The translations under genes were made by a program, and so were the position numbers. A stretch of 64,000 nucleotides of DNA from IMG/VR virus record IMGVR_UViG_3300029288_000002, positions 32,001-96,000 of that record; one strand, written 5' to 3'. The DNA comes from a virus. Lineage: Duplodnaviria; Caudoviricetes. This document shows, one piece after another, positions 1-9,192 of this stretch. The notes under the pieces were generated by a model. That model worked only from the letters and a program-made list of their open reading frames with translations, had not been told where the DNA came from and did no database searches. Position 1 is the first letter of the stretch, and each line of letters begins with the position of its first letter.

Positions 1-823
1 AACGAGTACCGAGAATTTGGGGTTTTGCACCACCGTTCCACGCAGCCAACTTCTGAGCCAACTCAACCAACGTAGCCTGAGTATAACCAGCAAAGCGAAG
101 AGCGTCATCGCCAGCATTGTCCAAAGCAGCCATACAAGTATTGAACGCAGCATACGCTTCCACAGTCACCTGGGACTCCATTGAGCGAATAGCCTTAGCA
201 GTGAAATCAGCCAACGACTCCAAACCGCACAGTACACGATACAGAGAAACTTCAACACTCATAACATGATTGTCAGGGTTCAGCGTAACAGAAGTATTGA
301 ACTGCTTGTTACCAACCCCTGCTTTCATAGCACGACCACTCTTCGACACAATGAACAGGTCACGAGGCTTAAGATCAAACTTTGCAGTATCACCCCAGCC
401 AATATTGCGGACATCAGCGAAGAAGCCCAAAGAGTTAATCATAGTCTGAGGAAGTACCATATCAATAACAGCAGTAACTAAAGCATAAGCAGCCCACTGA
501 ACATTTGGGTTCACAGACCACATGGCAGTTGAAATGCCGCCAGTATTGAAATTGGGAACATTTGCAGCTTCCGCAACCAGAGACCAGAACGTATCATTGA
601 TGGTCTTTTCTTTAGCATCAAACGACAAAGAAGTATCAAACTGCAAAGGCATGAACTTCTTAGCACTCTTCATCCACATTTTCTTACCGTTGTGGTCTTC
701 GCTCTGATTGTAATAATCAACAAAAGCATCTGCGAAATCCATAACCTTTTTACCAAAAGCGGAGTCGCCAGTTCCTTTAGTCTGAGCAAAGTTTAAAACA
801 CTTACAGGATATTTATTAGCCAT
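1..823 (-). CDS. Major capsid protein (YonB-like), 3' end runs off window
   Basis: Own translation from ATG 823 after GGGAGG RBS: MANKYPVSVLNFAQ...FADVRNIGWGDTAKFDLKPRDLFIVSKSG...VEVSLYRVLCG; open to window edge; lies after scaffold and decoration genes as in SPbeta yonD-yonC-yonB. Confidence 0.85.
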   Translation of the reverse strand, partial: MANKYPVSVLNFAQTKGTGDSAFGKKVMDFADAFVDYYNQSEDHNGKKMWMKSAKKFMPLQFDTSLSFDAKEKTINDTFWSLVAEAANVPNFNTGGISTAMWSVNPNVQWAAYALVTAVIDMVLPQTMINSLGFFADVRNIGWGDTAKFDLKPRDLFIVSKSGRAMKAGVGNKQFNTSVTLNPDNHVMSVEVSLYRVLCGLESLADFTAKAIRSMESQVTVEAYAAFNTCMAALDNAGDDALRFAGYTQATLVELAQKLAAWNGGAKPQILGTR

Positions 824-852
824 TTTCTTATATTCCTCCCTTTCCTATACCA

Positions 853-1410
853 CTAATTATATAAAACTTCAAAACGATGGATCGTAACACGGTTAGTACC
901 AATTGTATTGGTAATCGCAGATACAGGTAAACTGTAGTAATGATCCCCTAACAGTCTAAAGGAAGTAACGCTGGCAGTCTGAGTAGCACCCCAATACATA
1001 TTGTAGCCACCAGTAGTATCCGTAGCGTTTACAAAAGTATTAGACCCTTGAGTATTAGCCAAGCAAGCATCAGTCAACCAAATCTCATCTGCTACTTCGA
1101 GGTGAAACACCGAAAAGACCTTCGTACCAGCGGTATACGCTAAACGAGGATCAACATTGATGTTACGAACCGTGATATAGGTGTCAGTAATTTGCGATAC
1201 TTCAGGTTCATGCACCATCCACAGATTAGCCAAAGTACCAGTAGCGGGCTTTGCAGCCGTCCATAGATCACTCGATGTAGCAGTGATGCCAGTTAAAGCT
1301 ACCACCCAGCCATTATCAACAGCATCTGCAGCAGTCACGGCAGACCGATTCAACGATTCAATATTTTTTGCGGCAACTTTCGCGCCAATAACGAGACCAT
1401 GATAAGCCAT
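853..1410 (-). CDS. Putative capsid decoration/cement protein (YonC-like position)
   Basis: 185 aa, Ala/Thr-rich, 'AVDNGWVVAL' motif; between protease/scaffold and MCP. Confidence 0.65.
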   Translation of the reverse strand: MAYHGLVIGAKVAAKNIESLNRSAVTAADAVDNGWVVALTGITATSSDLWTAAKPATGTLANLWMVHEPEVSQITDTYITVRNINVDPRLAYTAGTKVFSVFHLEVADEIWLTDACLANTQGSNTFVNATDTTGGYNMYWGATQTASVTSFRLLGDHYYSLPVSAITNTIGTNRVTIHRFEVLYN

Positions 1411-1423
1411 ATTATATTCTCCT

Positions 1424-3523
1424 TTACTTCTTTGTCTTCAATCTATCCCATACAGATAAATTTTCACTATTAACTTCTTCTTTCCCTAAATTGAACCAGG
1501 GTAAAGCAGCTTTAACAATATTGTCACCAGTAGATTTAGATGTTTTTAGTGCATAATTAAATGCCTTAGCTTTAGCTTTAGTTTCCCATTCGCTAATAGC
1601 AGCATAACCACACATATCTGCTTCTTCTTTGACTGATTTCATTTCTTCTTCTGGCATACCAGACGCTTTTAATTGAGCCATTACAGTGTCAATCGTTGCC
1701 ATTTTCTTTTGCTCTTCAACTGATGCGCGATACTTTTTTAGTTCATCGTTCTCAGCCATGTATGCTTTGTTTTCTTCATCCTTTTTGGATAAGTCTTCTG
1801 CCATTTTGCACATTTTAGTTTCAGCTTCTTTTGCTTTTACAGACATTTTCTTTACTAAAGCAAACATTCCGTTGACTGCCATTCGAGTATTGCAAAACTC
1901 GCCTTTTTTAACTTCATCAGCAGCCATTTTACACATGGCAAAATCCATATCCTCTAAGTCCTCTTTATGAGATTCTGTCTCAGCTTCAAGCATAGCTAAA
2001 AGATAAGCCATATCCACATAAGAATCCAAAGACATTTTCTCTTCTTTTTCATTGCCCCCCGTCTCTTCTTTCTTTTCCTCTTCAGGAGTTTCTTTTTTTT
2101 CTTCCTTTGGAGTCTCTTCCTTCTCTGGTACAACAGCCATTTCTTCTTTCTTGTCTTCTTCTAATTCATCCACACTCATTGCCTCCTTCTGGGGTTCTTC
2201 TACCCCCATTTTTTTGCGTATCCCATTTATTTTGCTTACTATTTCACTTTCACCTTCTTTTTCAGCATACCCTAACGCAGTGCCTAATGCCCCGCGATTA
2301 TATACTGCTGTGTCGCCCACAATTTGCATTACTGGATATTTCAGCAAGCCAGTATTCTTTTTATAGTCACCCGCCTCTATTTTCATATAAACAGCATGTA
2401 CTAATTCAGAATAGTTTTTAGCCTTCATTACCTTATGCAAAAGTGCAGTCTTATCTACATCGCCCCATGAGGAATTGCTCATTGAGTCTTTCGACTTGTC
2501 TATTTTTATAGTTTCGCCTGTCCCCCAATCTTCTGGATTTGCAAAATATGTAGCCATTCTTTTATCACTCTCCTCCATGTCACGCACTAACTTTGTTGCA
2601 AATGACATTCCTTCTCTACCCCCATGCAAAGCATATCTTATTGCTTCTGGCGACTCATTGTCTGAAAAATCGTGTATGGTTGTTCGTTTACTAAAGAAAT
2701 GACTCATTTGTCTAAGTTTTTCTTGTGACGCTTTTTCATTGTTCACTATATGTCGAGCAACAGACAACGATACAGCATTAGCTCCAACGCCTTTCTGCTT
2801 ATATAAGTCTAACCCTTTTTGAGCATTTGTTTTTACTTTAGCAGGAATCGTAAAATCTAAATTAGAATAATGACCAAATTCTAAACGATAGGCTTCTTCA
2901 TACTTTGCAGTTTCTTCTTTAGCAAAGAATAATATTTCCATAAAACTTTTTGGGCTTGCTTCTCTAATATCATCACCTAAAATTGTTACAGCCTCAAAGC
3001 TAAAATCTAACAACTCTTCTAATGTATCATTGTCAATCATTGCGCTATCATATACCAACATTTCAACTGATACACTCTTACGATTACCCTTAGATTGTCT
3101 AAACAACTCTAAGCATTTACCAGAGTACAATGACCAAATTAGAGCATCAACTTTAATTACTTTGCGAATACCATCTTCTGCATCTTCTACTCTGGCAGTA
3201 TTTGGTAATACAAATCCGCACGGGACAGTCGTTCTATTTTCGTTTCCATTACCATAATAGTCATCAAAGTTATTACCATTAGATGTTTGTATGCTATGCG
3301 ATCCGAAGTCGTTTTTATATTTGTTTAGTTCAAAGATAATAGGTTTATTATCTAATGTTCCTTTGGTTTTATCTAATGTCTCTGCACTGCAATATGTCTG
3401 GTGTAAACTAACGCCCGAATGAAACACGCTAAGAGTTGCACGAGCGAAAGAATGGGGCTTTTCATTTTCTTCATCTGCAAATTCTATTTTCTCTATCTCG
3501 AAAACTAATTTTTTTATTCCCAT
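1424..3523 (-). CDS. Prohead protease-scaffold protein (YonD-like)
   Basis: N-terminal 'VFHSG..NKPII..FGSH..VPCGFV..LIWSLY..KSVSVEM..AVTILG' protease-like domain; acidic E/K-rich coiled-coil C-terminus. Confidence 0.8.
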   Translation of the reverse strand: MGIKKLVFEIEKIEFADEENEKPHSFARATLSVFHSGVSLHQTYCSAETLDKTKGTLDNKPIIFELNKYKNDFGSHSIQTSNGNNFDDYYGNGNENRTTVPCGFVLPNTARVEDAEDGIRKVIKVDALIWSLYSGKCLELFRQSKGNRKSVSVEMLVYDSAMIDNDTLEELLDFSFEAVTILGDDIREASPKSFMEILFFAKEETAKYEEAYRLEFGHYSNLDFTIPAKVKTNAQKGLDLYKQKGVGANAVSLSVARHIVNNEKASQEKLRQMSHFFSKRTTIHDFSDNESPEAIRYALHGGREGMSFATKLVRDMEESDKRMATYFANPEDWGTGETIKIDKSKDSMSNSSWGDVDKTALLHKVMKAKNYSELVHAVYMKIEAGDYKKNTGLLKYPVMQIVGDTAVYNRGALGTALGYAEKEGESEIVSKINGIRKKMGVEEPQKEAMSVDELEEDKKEEMAVVPEKEETPKEEKKETPEEEKKEETGGNEKEEKMSLDSYVDMAYLLAMLEAETESHKEDLEDMDFAMCKMAADEVKKGEFCNTRMAVNGMFALVKKMSVKAKEAETKMCKMAEDLSKKDEENKAYMAENDELKKYRASVEEQKKMATIDTVMAQLKASGMPEEEMKSVKEEADMCGYAAISEWETKAKAKAFNYALKTSKSTGDNIVKAALPWFNLGKEEVNSENLSVWDRLKTKK

Positions 3524-3742
3524 TTATCCCCCTTTCGCCAGTTTTGAGTATAACCATTCTTGTAATTTTATTAGCGCAGGTTCTATTTTTAATAGATTGC
3601 GCAGTTCTTCTGTATCTGAAAACCAGTAAAAATCAGCGTCTTTATTTAGTGGAGGTAAGTTAAACTCTTCTGTTAGCCAATCACCAAGAGGATAATGACA
3701 TCGAAAAGTTCTTTTCATGTTTTGAGGATTTAATACTCTCAT
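3524..3742 (-). CDS. Small hypothetical protein (DUF5659-like)
   Basis: 72 aa, 'FYWFSDTEELRNLL' pattern; tightly packed in head operon. Confidence 0.6.
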   Translation of the reverse strand: MRVLNPQNMKRTFRCHYPLGDWLTEEFNLPPLNKDADFYWFSDTEELRNLLKIEPALIKLQEWLYSKLAKGG

Positions 3743-3744
3743 GA

Positions 3745-4242
3745 CTATTTCTCCAGTAATAAGTATAGATTAAACCAATTATTACCAGAAAGGTTAACTC
3801 TATCTTGAAAAGTTGTACATTCCTCAGTCTCTTTAATTTGCCACATCAGCATTTCTCTCATTGCTCCTTCAACCAATGGCGCAGCAGGAGAAGGGTCATT
3901 TATCGCCAAATCTCTAATCGCAGTCAAACTCTCAGTAGTCTCTACTTCTCGTTCTACAAACTTGTCGCTAATATCAGAAGGTAACGTGATCGTAAAGTCG
4001 CCAGAGTCTATTTCACCAATAGAATAATCTACGTTCAAGTCAGTTAACAATTTTAGTATGTATAAACTGTGTTTAATTTCTTCTGCCGCTTGATCTAAAA
4101 ACACTTCATATGTTTTGTCAAATCCTCTAAACGCCAGAGCAGAGGCTATTCGTAAATACAAGGAGTTGTTAAATCTCTCACTACAGTATTGGTTCTGTAG
4201 CACTTCTATCAAACTATCGCTAAGTAATTTTGTTTCAGCCAT
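3745..4242 (-). CDS. Ferritin-like protein
   Basis: 'LQNQYCSERFNNSLY..QAAEEIKHS..EREVETT..WQIKETEE' four-helix ferroxidase-type pattern; AGGAG RBS. Confidence 0.8.
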   Translation of the reverse strand: MAETKLLSDSLIEVLQNQYCSERFNNSLYLRIASALAFRGFDKTYEVFLDQAAEEIKHSLYILKLLTDLNVDYSIGEIDSGDFTITLPSDISDKFVEREVETTESLTAIRDLAINDPSPAAPLVEGAMREMLMWQIKETEECTTFQDRVNLSGNNWFNLYLLLEK

Positions 4243-4254
4243 TCATTTTCCTCC

Positions 4255-4488
4255 TTAATTTTCAGGAGGTACTTCTGCCTCCGATTTTGTAAACGGATGA
4301 GTCTTTTTATATTCATTCCATTCTTGTAATACTCTGTCTACATCTTCTGTTACGATATATAGTTTATACGGTCGCTTCGATACAGGATGTAAACCTTTTG
4401 TTTCATATCGCATGTCGTGTAACGCTAACCAATGATATAAGTGATCACTATAACAGTAAAATAGTCGCTGTGATTCTTGCTGTTCCAT
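4255..4488 (-). CDS. Hypothetical protein (DUF5659-like)
   Basis: 'FYCYSDHLYHWL..GLHPVSKRPYKLY..VDRVLQEWN'; start moved to ATG 4488 after AAGGA RBS. Confidence 0.65.
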   Translation of the reverse strand: MEQQESQRLFYCYSDHLYHWLALHDMRYETKGLHPVSKRPYKLYIVTEDVDRVLQEWNEYKKTHPFTKSEAEVPPEN

Positions 4489-4588
4489 GTAATATTCCTT
4501 TGTTAATAAGAGTAACCCCCTGTAATAGAAAAGAGAGTACATATACTGTACTCTCTTGTTGTAAGTGTTATTTTGTTGTAGACTGTGG

Positions 4589-5749
4589 CTATAGGTTAAG
4601 ATAGTCGGTTAAGATTTCTTCTATATCGTTGAAGTTTTTATAGGATATGCGCAGAAGAGGGATCGCATTGTCTGCACAATATTTTGTTTTGATAGAGTCG
4701 CGCCTTTTAATTTTTTCAAACTCCTTTTTTGCATGTTCTTCATCTTTTCCTGAAAAATCTATAGGAACAAAGTGTTGCTCCCCGTCTGCTTCAATCAAAC
4801 CCATTAGACAATTATTTTTATCAAAAACAGCAAAATCAAAAAATAAAGGCTTAATGTGTTTACAATATTTTATGGAATATTCATGAATATAACTAATATT
4901 TGCGTTTTTTAAAACTTTTTCCACTATTAGTTCGGCTTTTGAAGAATTACAATGAGGGCATCCTGTCTTTCTTTTGGCAGTTCTGTTATGGGGAGACGCT
5001 TCCCAACTTTTTCCACATTGTTTACACAACCACCAGTATTTTTTACAACTGGCAAAAGATATGTTGTTTATATCAACCCCTGTGTTTTTAATAATATCAA
5101 ACTCTTCTATTATTTCAGGAAACAATAACGCCAAACTGTTTTTGTCTGTAACCACATGCCCCGAACAAGAAGAACAAGTCTTATCTTGCATACTATGAAC
5201 ATCGCATTTCCATTCATATAAACAAACAGGACATTTCCAAAATACCGTTTTTCGGCTTCCTCTTGCTACTTCTTCCGGTAAAATAGTATTCTTTTCGTAA
5301 TCCCAATATTTTAAATATTTTTCATTTGTCATAACAATATTATAAAAATCACTACATTTTTCTCCGTTACAATAATAACAGCCATCACCCCGCCATATAC
5401 TTTCCCATATTTTAACAAACGTTTTATTACATTTATGGCATCTTAAATTTAGTTTGCTTTTACTACCGGAATATTTGTTATTGTCAGTTAATGAAAACGG
5501 TTTATTGTTTTCAATTAGCCATAAAGAAATGTTTTCTAAACTATATGGATTATGTACATCTACGCGGTTGGGGTTCTTGTGTACGTGTGATTTTTTACAA
5601 ATATGAGATAATACAAGATCATATTTATAACCTTGTTGATCACATATTATTACTCGAAGTTTTAAATTTTTGCTATAATAACTAATAAGAGAATATCCTT
5701 TATTTGCAAGAATATTCTCAATTTCATTCTTTGTTTTTCCGAATCTCAT
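4589..5749 (-). CDS. Zinc-ribbon repeat protein with C-terminal Vsr/DUF559-like endonuclease (putative homing endonuclease)
   Basis: Repeated 'WDYEKN..WKCPVC..W..CSSC' and 'WWLCKQCGKSW..GCPHC' zinc ribbons; C-terminal 'FFDF..IEADGEQHF..RDSIK..LLRISY'; start 5749 after AAGGAG. Confidence 0.8.
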   Translation of the reverse strand: MRFGKTKNEIENILANKGYSLISYYSKNLKLRVIICDQQGYKYDLVLSHICKKSHVHKNPNRVDVHNPYSLENISLWLIENNKPFSLTDNNKYSGSKSKLNLRCHKCNKTFVKIWESIWRGDGCYYCNGEKCSDFYNIVMTNEKYLKYWDYEKNTILPEEVARGSRKTVFWKCPVCLYEWKCDVHSMQDKTCSSCSGHVVTDKNSLALLFPEIIEEFDIIKNTGVDINNISFASCKKYWWLCKQCGKSWEASPHNRTAKRKTGCPHCNSSKAELIVEKVLKNANISYIHEYSIKYCKHIKPLFFDFAVFDKNNCLMGLIEADGEQHFVPIDFSGKDEEHAKKEFEKIKRRDSIKTKYCADNAIPLLRISYKNFNDIEEILTDYLNL

Positions 5750-5779
5750 ATTGCTCCTTTTATACTTAGACATTATTGT

Positions 5780-5808
5780 ATTATAACACACACTAATGTA
5801 TTTGTCAA
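5780..5808 (-). promoter_or_regulatory. Sigma70-type promoter of the endonuclease gene
   Basis: TTGACA-17-TATAAT on minus strand. Confidence 0.75.
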
Positions 5809-5822
5809 GGATCAATATTTAC

Positions 5823-6500
5823 TTACATCCCCATCATAGCAATCCACAATATCTTTGTGCCATTTGGTGTTCCGGCAGTTACATACAAATTTTTACTAAT
5901 ATCAGTTGCATCTACTGATACAGTAAAACCTGTATCTACAGTACCATAAAAACTTCCAGCAATAACTTGTGCAGTATTACTCAGTCGGATTGGGAGTCCA
6001 AAAGTATTAACTGTTCCAATCGTAATCGCATCACTGGCGGCACCACGAGTCGGAACAACTGCTTGGGAGATCGTCTTGAACGATTTTACAGAATTTACAG
6101 TTGCAGTTCCGTTGATTACGAGAGTGTCTGAAATTACAACACCCTCAATGTCTGTCCCTGTCAAAACAAGGTTTCCTGTACATGTCGCTTGATTCCCCGT
6201 AACACTAACTAAACGAGGAAACGTAATAGCTGAAAAGCCAGTAGTTACAGTAGTAGTACCTGATGTCGGTTGTGTAATGCTGGCATGAACCAATGCTGCG
6301 CCAGCATTAGCAGGAGCAAAAGTATAGTAAACCAAATAACCAGTACCATAAGTTGAACCTGTAGGCATCGTAGTTACCAGAGTACCTGCGTCTTGCATTT
6401 TCTTCGCCAATGTACCCAGTCCGCCAGCGAACTCGCGTTGAGCGCGTCCTGATTTATCCAATTTTGTTGCTTGACTTGTAGTTGCAATCGTAATAGTCAT
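5823..6500 (-). CDS. Putative virion structural protein (head fibre/decoration)
   Basis: Thr/Gly/Ala-rich beta protein; start moved to ATG 6500 after GGGAGG. Confidence 0.55.
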   Translation of the reverse strand: MTITIATTSQATKLDKSGRAQREFAGGLGTLAKKMQDAGTLVTTMPTGSTYGTGYLVYYTFAPANAGAALVHASITQPTSGTTTVTTGFSAITFPRLVSVTGNQATCTGNLVLTGTDIEGVVISDTLVINGTATVNSVKSFKTISQAVVPTRGAASDAITIGTVNTFGLPIRLSNTAQVIAGSFYGTVDTGFTVSVDATDISKNLYVTAGTPNGTKILWIAMMGM

Positions 6501-6592
6501 AATTCTAAACCTCCCTGAATTATTATATATATTATCATACATATAACATAATGCAATTATTCCGCTACTTCATTATAGAATAGCCTTTCCAT

Positions 6593-7513
6593 TTATTCCA
6601 CTACTTTCTGCAAATAAGTTCTATTATTGTCCTGCACGCAACACCACTTTGCATCAGTAGGCGAAATTTGAACCCAAGCACCACCAAATGCACCAGCCAC
6701 ATTGTACACGCTAACCACATCACCCTTTTTCAACTTATACAACGATGCGCCATTAGTACTCGGCAAACTACGCACGTTTAGCGTATCAACAATAACCTTC
6801 ATTTTCAACATATCACAACCATCCTCTATTGGTACTGGAATCGGTATAGGATCAATAACAACTGGCGTTTTACTATACTGATTGAAATATTCAATTTTCA
6901 TATAGTTCATATCTAAAGACTTAGACTCCATGCCATATTTCAACCCGTCTCCATTAGAAGTATATTGCCAAAGAAAACAATCAGTCCAGGGTTTAGGCAT
7001 TTCTGCTAAAGTAGGATAAGTTGTATTATAATGAGCAAGCCATAATTTATAACTCCCCCAATATGAGTCTGCTCCATTAGAATACTGATCAAAAAACGAC
7101 TTTGCGGTGTAGATCATAATATCTGAACTTTTCTTTCCAGATATAGTCTTAAATCTTTCAAGAAAATTGTACAATATGTCATAAGCATTAGGTGGCACAG
7201 TACTCCACCATTCCCAATCGTCAACAACTGGTAATTCGCCTGGATCATCTTTTATAGTTTCCCAAAAGAACTCTGCCTGTTTTATTGGATTATCCCACGT
7301 CATAAAGTGATAACTTCCAATAAGCAAAGGAGTTTTACGACAATTTGCGCGATCTCGTTTATAATTAGAATCAGCATACACGTTCTGACTTGCTTTGATA
7401 TAGTTGAATCTCATTCCCTGGTCATACGCTTTTTGAAAATCTGGTACATAACTGGTTTCTGCTATATCATCCCAAACTGAGGAATCCATACCTAAAATTA
7501 AGTTATCAGTCAT
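6593..7513 (-). CDS. GH25 muramidase (lysin) with C-terminal SH3-like domain
   Basis: 'GMDSSVW..YIKASQ..GSYHF..VDDWE..LWLAHY..LWQYT..LDMN'; Pro linker; 'LNVRSLPST..LKKGDVV..WVQI'. Confidence 0.9.
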   Translation of the reverse strand: MTDNLILGMDSSVWDDIAETSYVPDFQKAYDQGMRFNYIKASQNVYADSNYKRDRANCRKTPLLIGSYHFMTWDNPIKQAEFFWETIKDDPGELPVVDDWEWWSTVPPNAYDILYNFLERFKTISGKKSSDIMIYTAKSFFDQYSNGADSYWGSYKLWLAHYNTTYPTLAEMPKPWTDCFLWQYTSNGDGLKYGMESKSLDMNYMKIEYFNQYSKTPVVIDPIPIPVPIEDGCDMLKMKVIVDTLNVRSLPSTNGASLYKLKKGDVVSVYNVAGAFGGAWVQISPTDAKWCCVQDNNRTYLQKVVE

Positions 7514-7522
7514 AATATAATC

Positions 7523-9166
7523 CTATTTCTCTACAGTATTCTGACCAGTACTACGAGTTGATTCCCCGCCTTCTGATAATTTATCATCTTCTACCTGTGG
7601 TCTACCGCCGGTAGATGCACCTGCTTTACCCATAGTAAACGAAGTTTGAATTGGGGTCAGTTTATCAACAAATCCCATTGCTTTACCCTCTTCTATCATT
7701 CTCAGGAAATTATGATATTCCATACCTAAACTTGATGCAAGCTTCTGTGGCATACAAATACCAAGACTAAGCAAATCCTTTTGAGTTTGAAACTTCTTTT
7801 CATAATCACCAGGAAAACGGCAACCCTCAAATTCAAACGAGAACTTGTTTTTAGTTCTCATATTGATATAATAGTCCATAAAATCGTTGAACTGAGGATA
7901 TAAGGATTCAACCAATTGTTCATCTACTGCTAAACTTAACAGACTCTCCTGAACATTAGCTTTTACATCTGATGTAAATATTAGCGATGTGTTGATACCA
8001 CTTGTAGCTAACGCAGATTTTAAATATGAATTATAGACTTTAGAGTTATCACCAACTAAATCAAAACTCTTAGTCTCCATATTAGTTAGTGGAGCAGCAG
8101 CAACCTTAATAACTTCGCTATTTATTGCCTGTTTCACCAAATTCATAAATATATTAAGCTCTTGCGGTGACAGTGCTAACATATCACTAATCTTCAAGGC
8201 TTTAGTGTCTTTGTTTAGCATAGGTATCTCACCTACAATTAGTTTGCTGGCAGCAGCAATAAATATATTCCGCTGAAGTCCTCTCATCAAAGGTTGCAAA
8301 ACCAAATCTGAATACATAGAGCTAAAAAAGGGAACAATTGACGCCATCTCAGGACTAAGTTTGAATACAAAGAAACCCAAGTCTGGTTCACAACCGCACC
8401 ATTGAGCAAAGACATTTTCGGTTCTGTGGTTTAAAGCAATATGAGGATTATAAAAATAAGACGCTTCTCCCTTAGAACGTTCCTTTGCTTCTTTCGCATT
8501 CATATGAAACGTGTTCATAAACATAGTCTTAAAAATAGGTGGATAAAGATCAATATCAACTGTTGGTTGCAAAAACCAAGTCATATCAAAATCAAAAAGA
8601 AATCCATATCCAAAACGACCTGTTAACAAGCATCTGTCAGTAGGAAGTTGTTGAATAAAATATCTATCCCCCTCAGCCCATAAACAACCATAAAAGATTT
8701 CCTCTTTTAGCAATTGTTTAGTGACCATTCTAAATTGTTTTTCGGCTTTGAACTTAGTCATAAAGTCAGTAATAGTCTTTACATCTTTTTTATAGGCTTT
8801 GCTATTATAGTCATCAGTATCAGACGTATAAGTATAATCAAAAGCTAACATATTAGCAAGATATTCTATAATCCTTTTAAACGGCATACTCGCAGTATAG
8901 AAATATTCAGAATATCCTCGTAACGTTTTTTCATTAGAACGAGGATCAAGCATTGCCGCGTCTATATTCTCTTGTGTTGCAACTACAGGGTTATAGTTAA
9001 TATTTTGCATTTGGGCATTTATTGTTTGAGGAGTCCAAGCACCTCCACCATAAATACCAGGAAAATTAGCAGTAATAGCATTTGCAAAAGTAAGTATCTT
9101 TACAACTTGATCTACAGTCATTTCTTCAACATTCTCAGTCTCATTTTTTACATTTTCTTCACTCAA
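7523..9166 (-). CDS. Portal protein (YonE-like)
   Basis: 547 aa immediately downstream of terminase; 'QQLPTDRC..FDFDMTWF', C-terminal 'PIQTSFT..GGRP'. Confidence 0.85.
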   Translation of the reverse strand: MSEENVKNETENVEEMTVDQVVKILTFANAITANFPGIYGGGAWTPQTINAQMQNINYNPVVATQENIDAAMLDPRSNEKTLRGYSEYFYTASMPFKRIIEYLANMLAFDYTYTSDTDDYNSKAYKKDVKTITDFMTKFKAEKQFRMVTKQLLKEEIFYGCLWAEGDRYFIQQLPTDRCLLTGRFGYGFLFDFDMTWFLQPTVDIDLYPPIFKTMFMNTFHMNAKEAKERSKGEASYFYNPHIALNHRTENVFAQWCGCEPDLGFFVFKLSPEMASIVPFFSSMYSDLVLQPLMRGLQRNIFIAAASKLIVGEIPMLNKDTKALKISDMLALSPQELNIFMNLVKQAINSEVIKVAAAPLTNMETKSFDLVGDNSKVYNSYLKSALATSGINTSLIFTSDVKANVQESLLSLAVDEQLVESLYPQFNDFMDYYINMRTKNKFSFEFEGCRFPGDYEKKFQTQKDLLSLGICMPQKLASSLGMEYHNFLRMIEEGKAMGFVDKLTPIQTSFTMGKAGASTGGRPQVEDDKLSEGGESTRSTGQNTVEK

Positions 9167-9192
9167 AATATTATACCTCCTTTACTGCTAAT

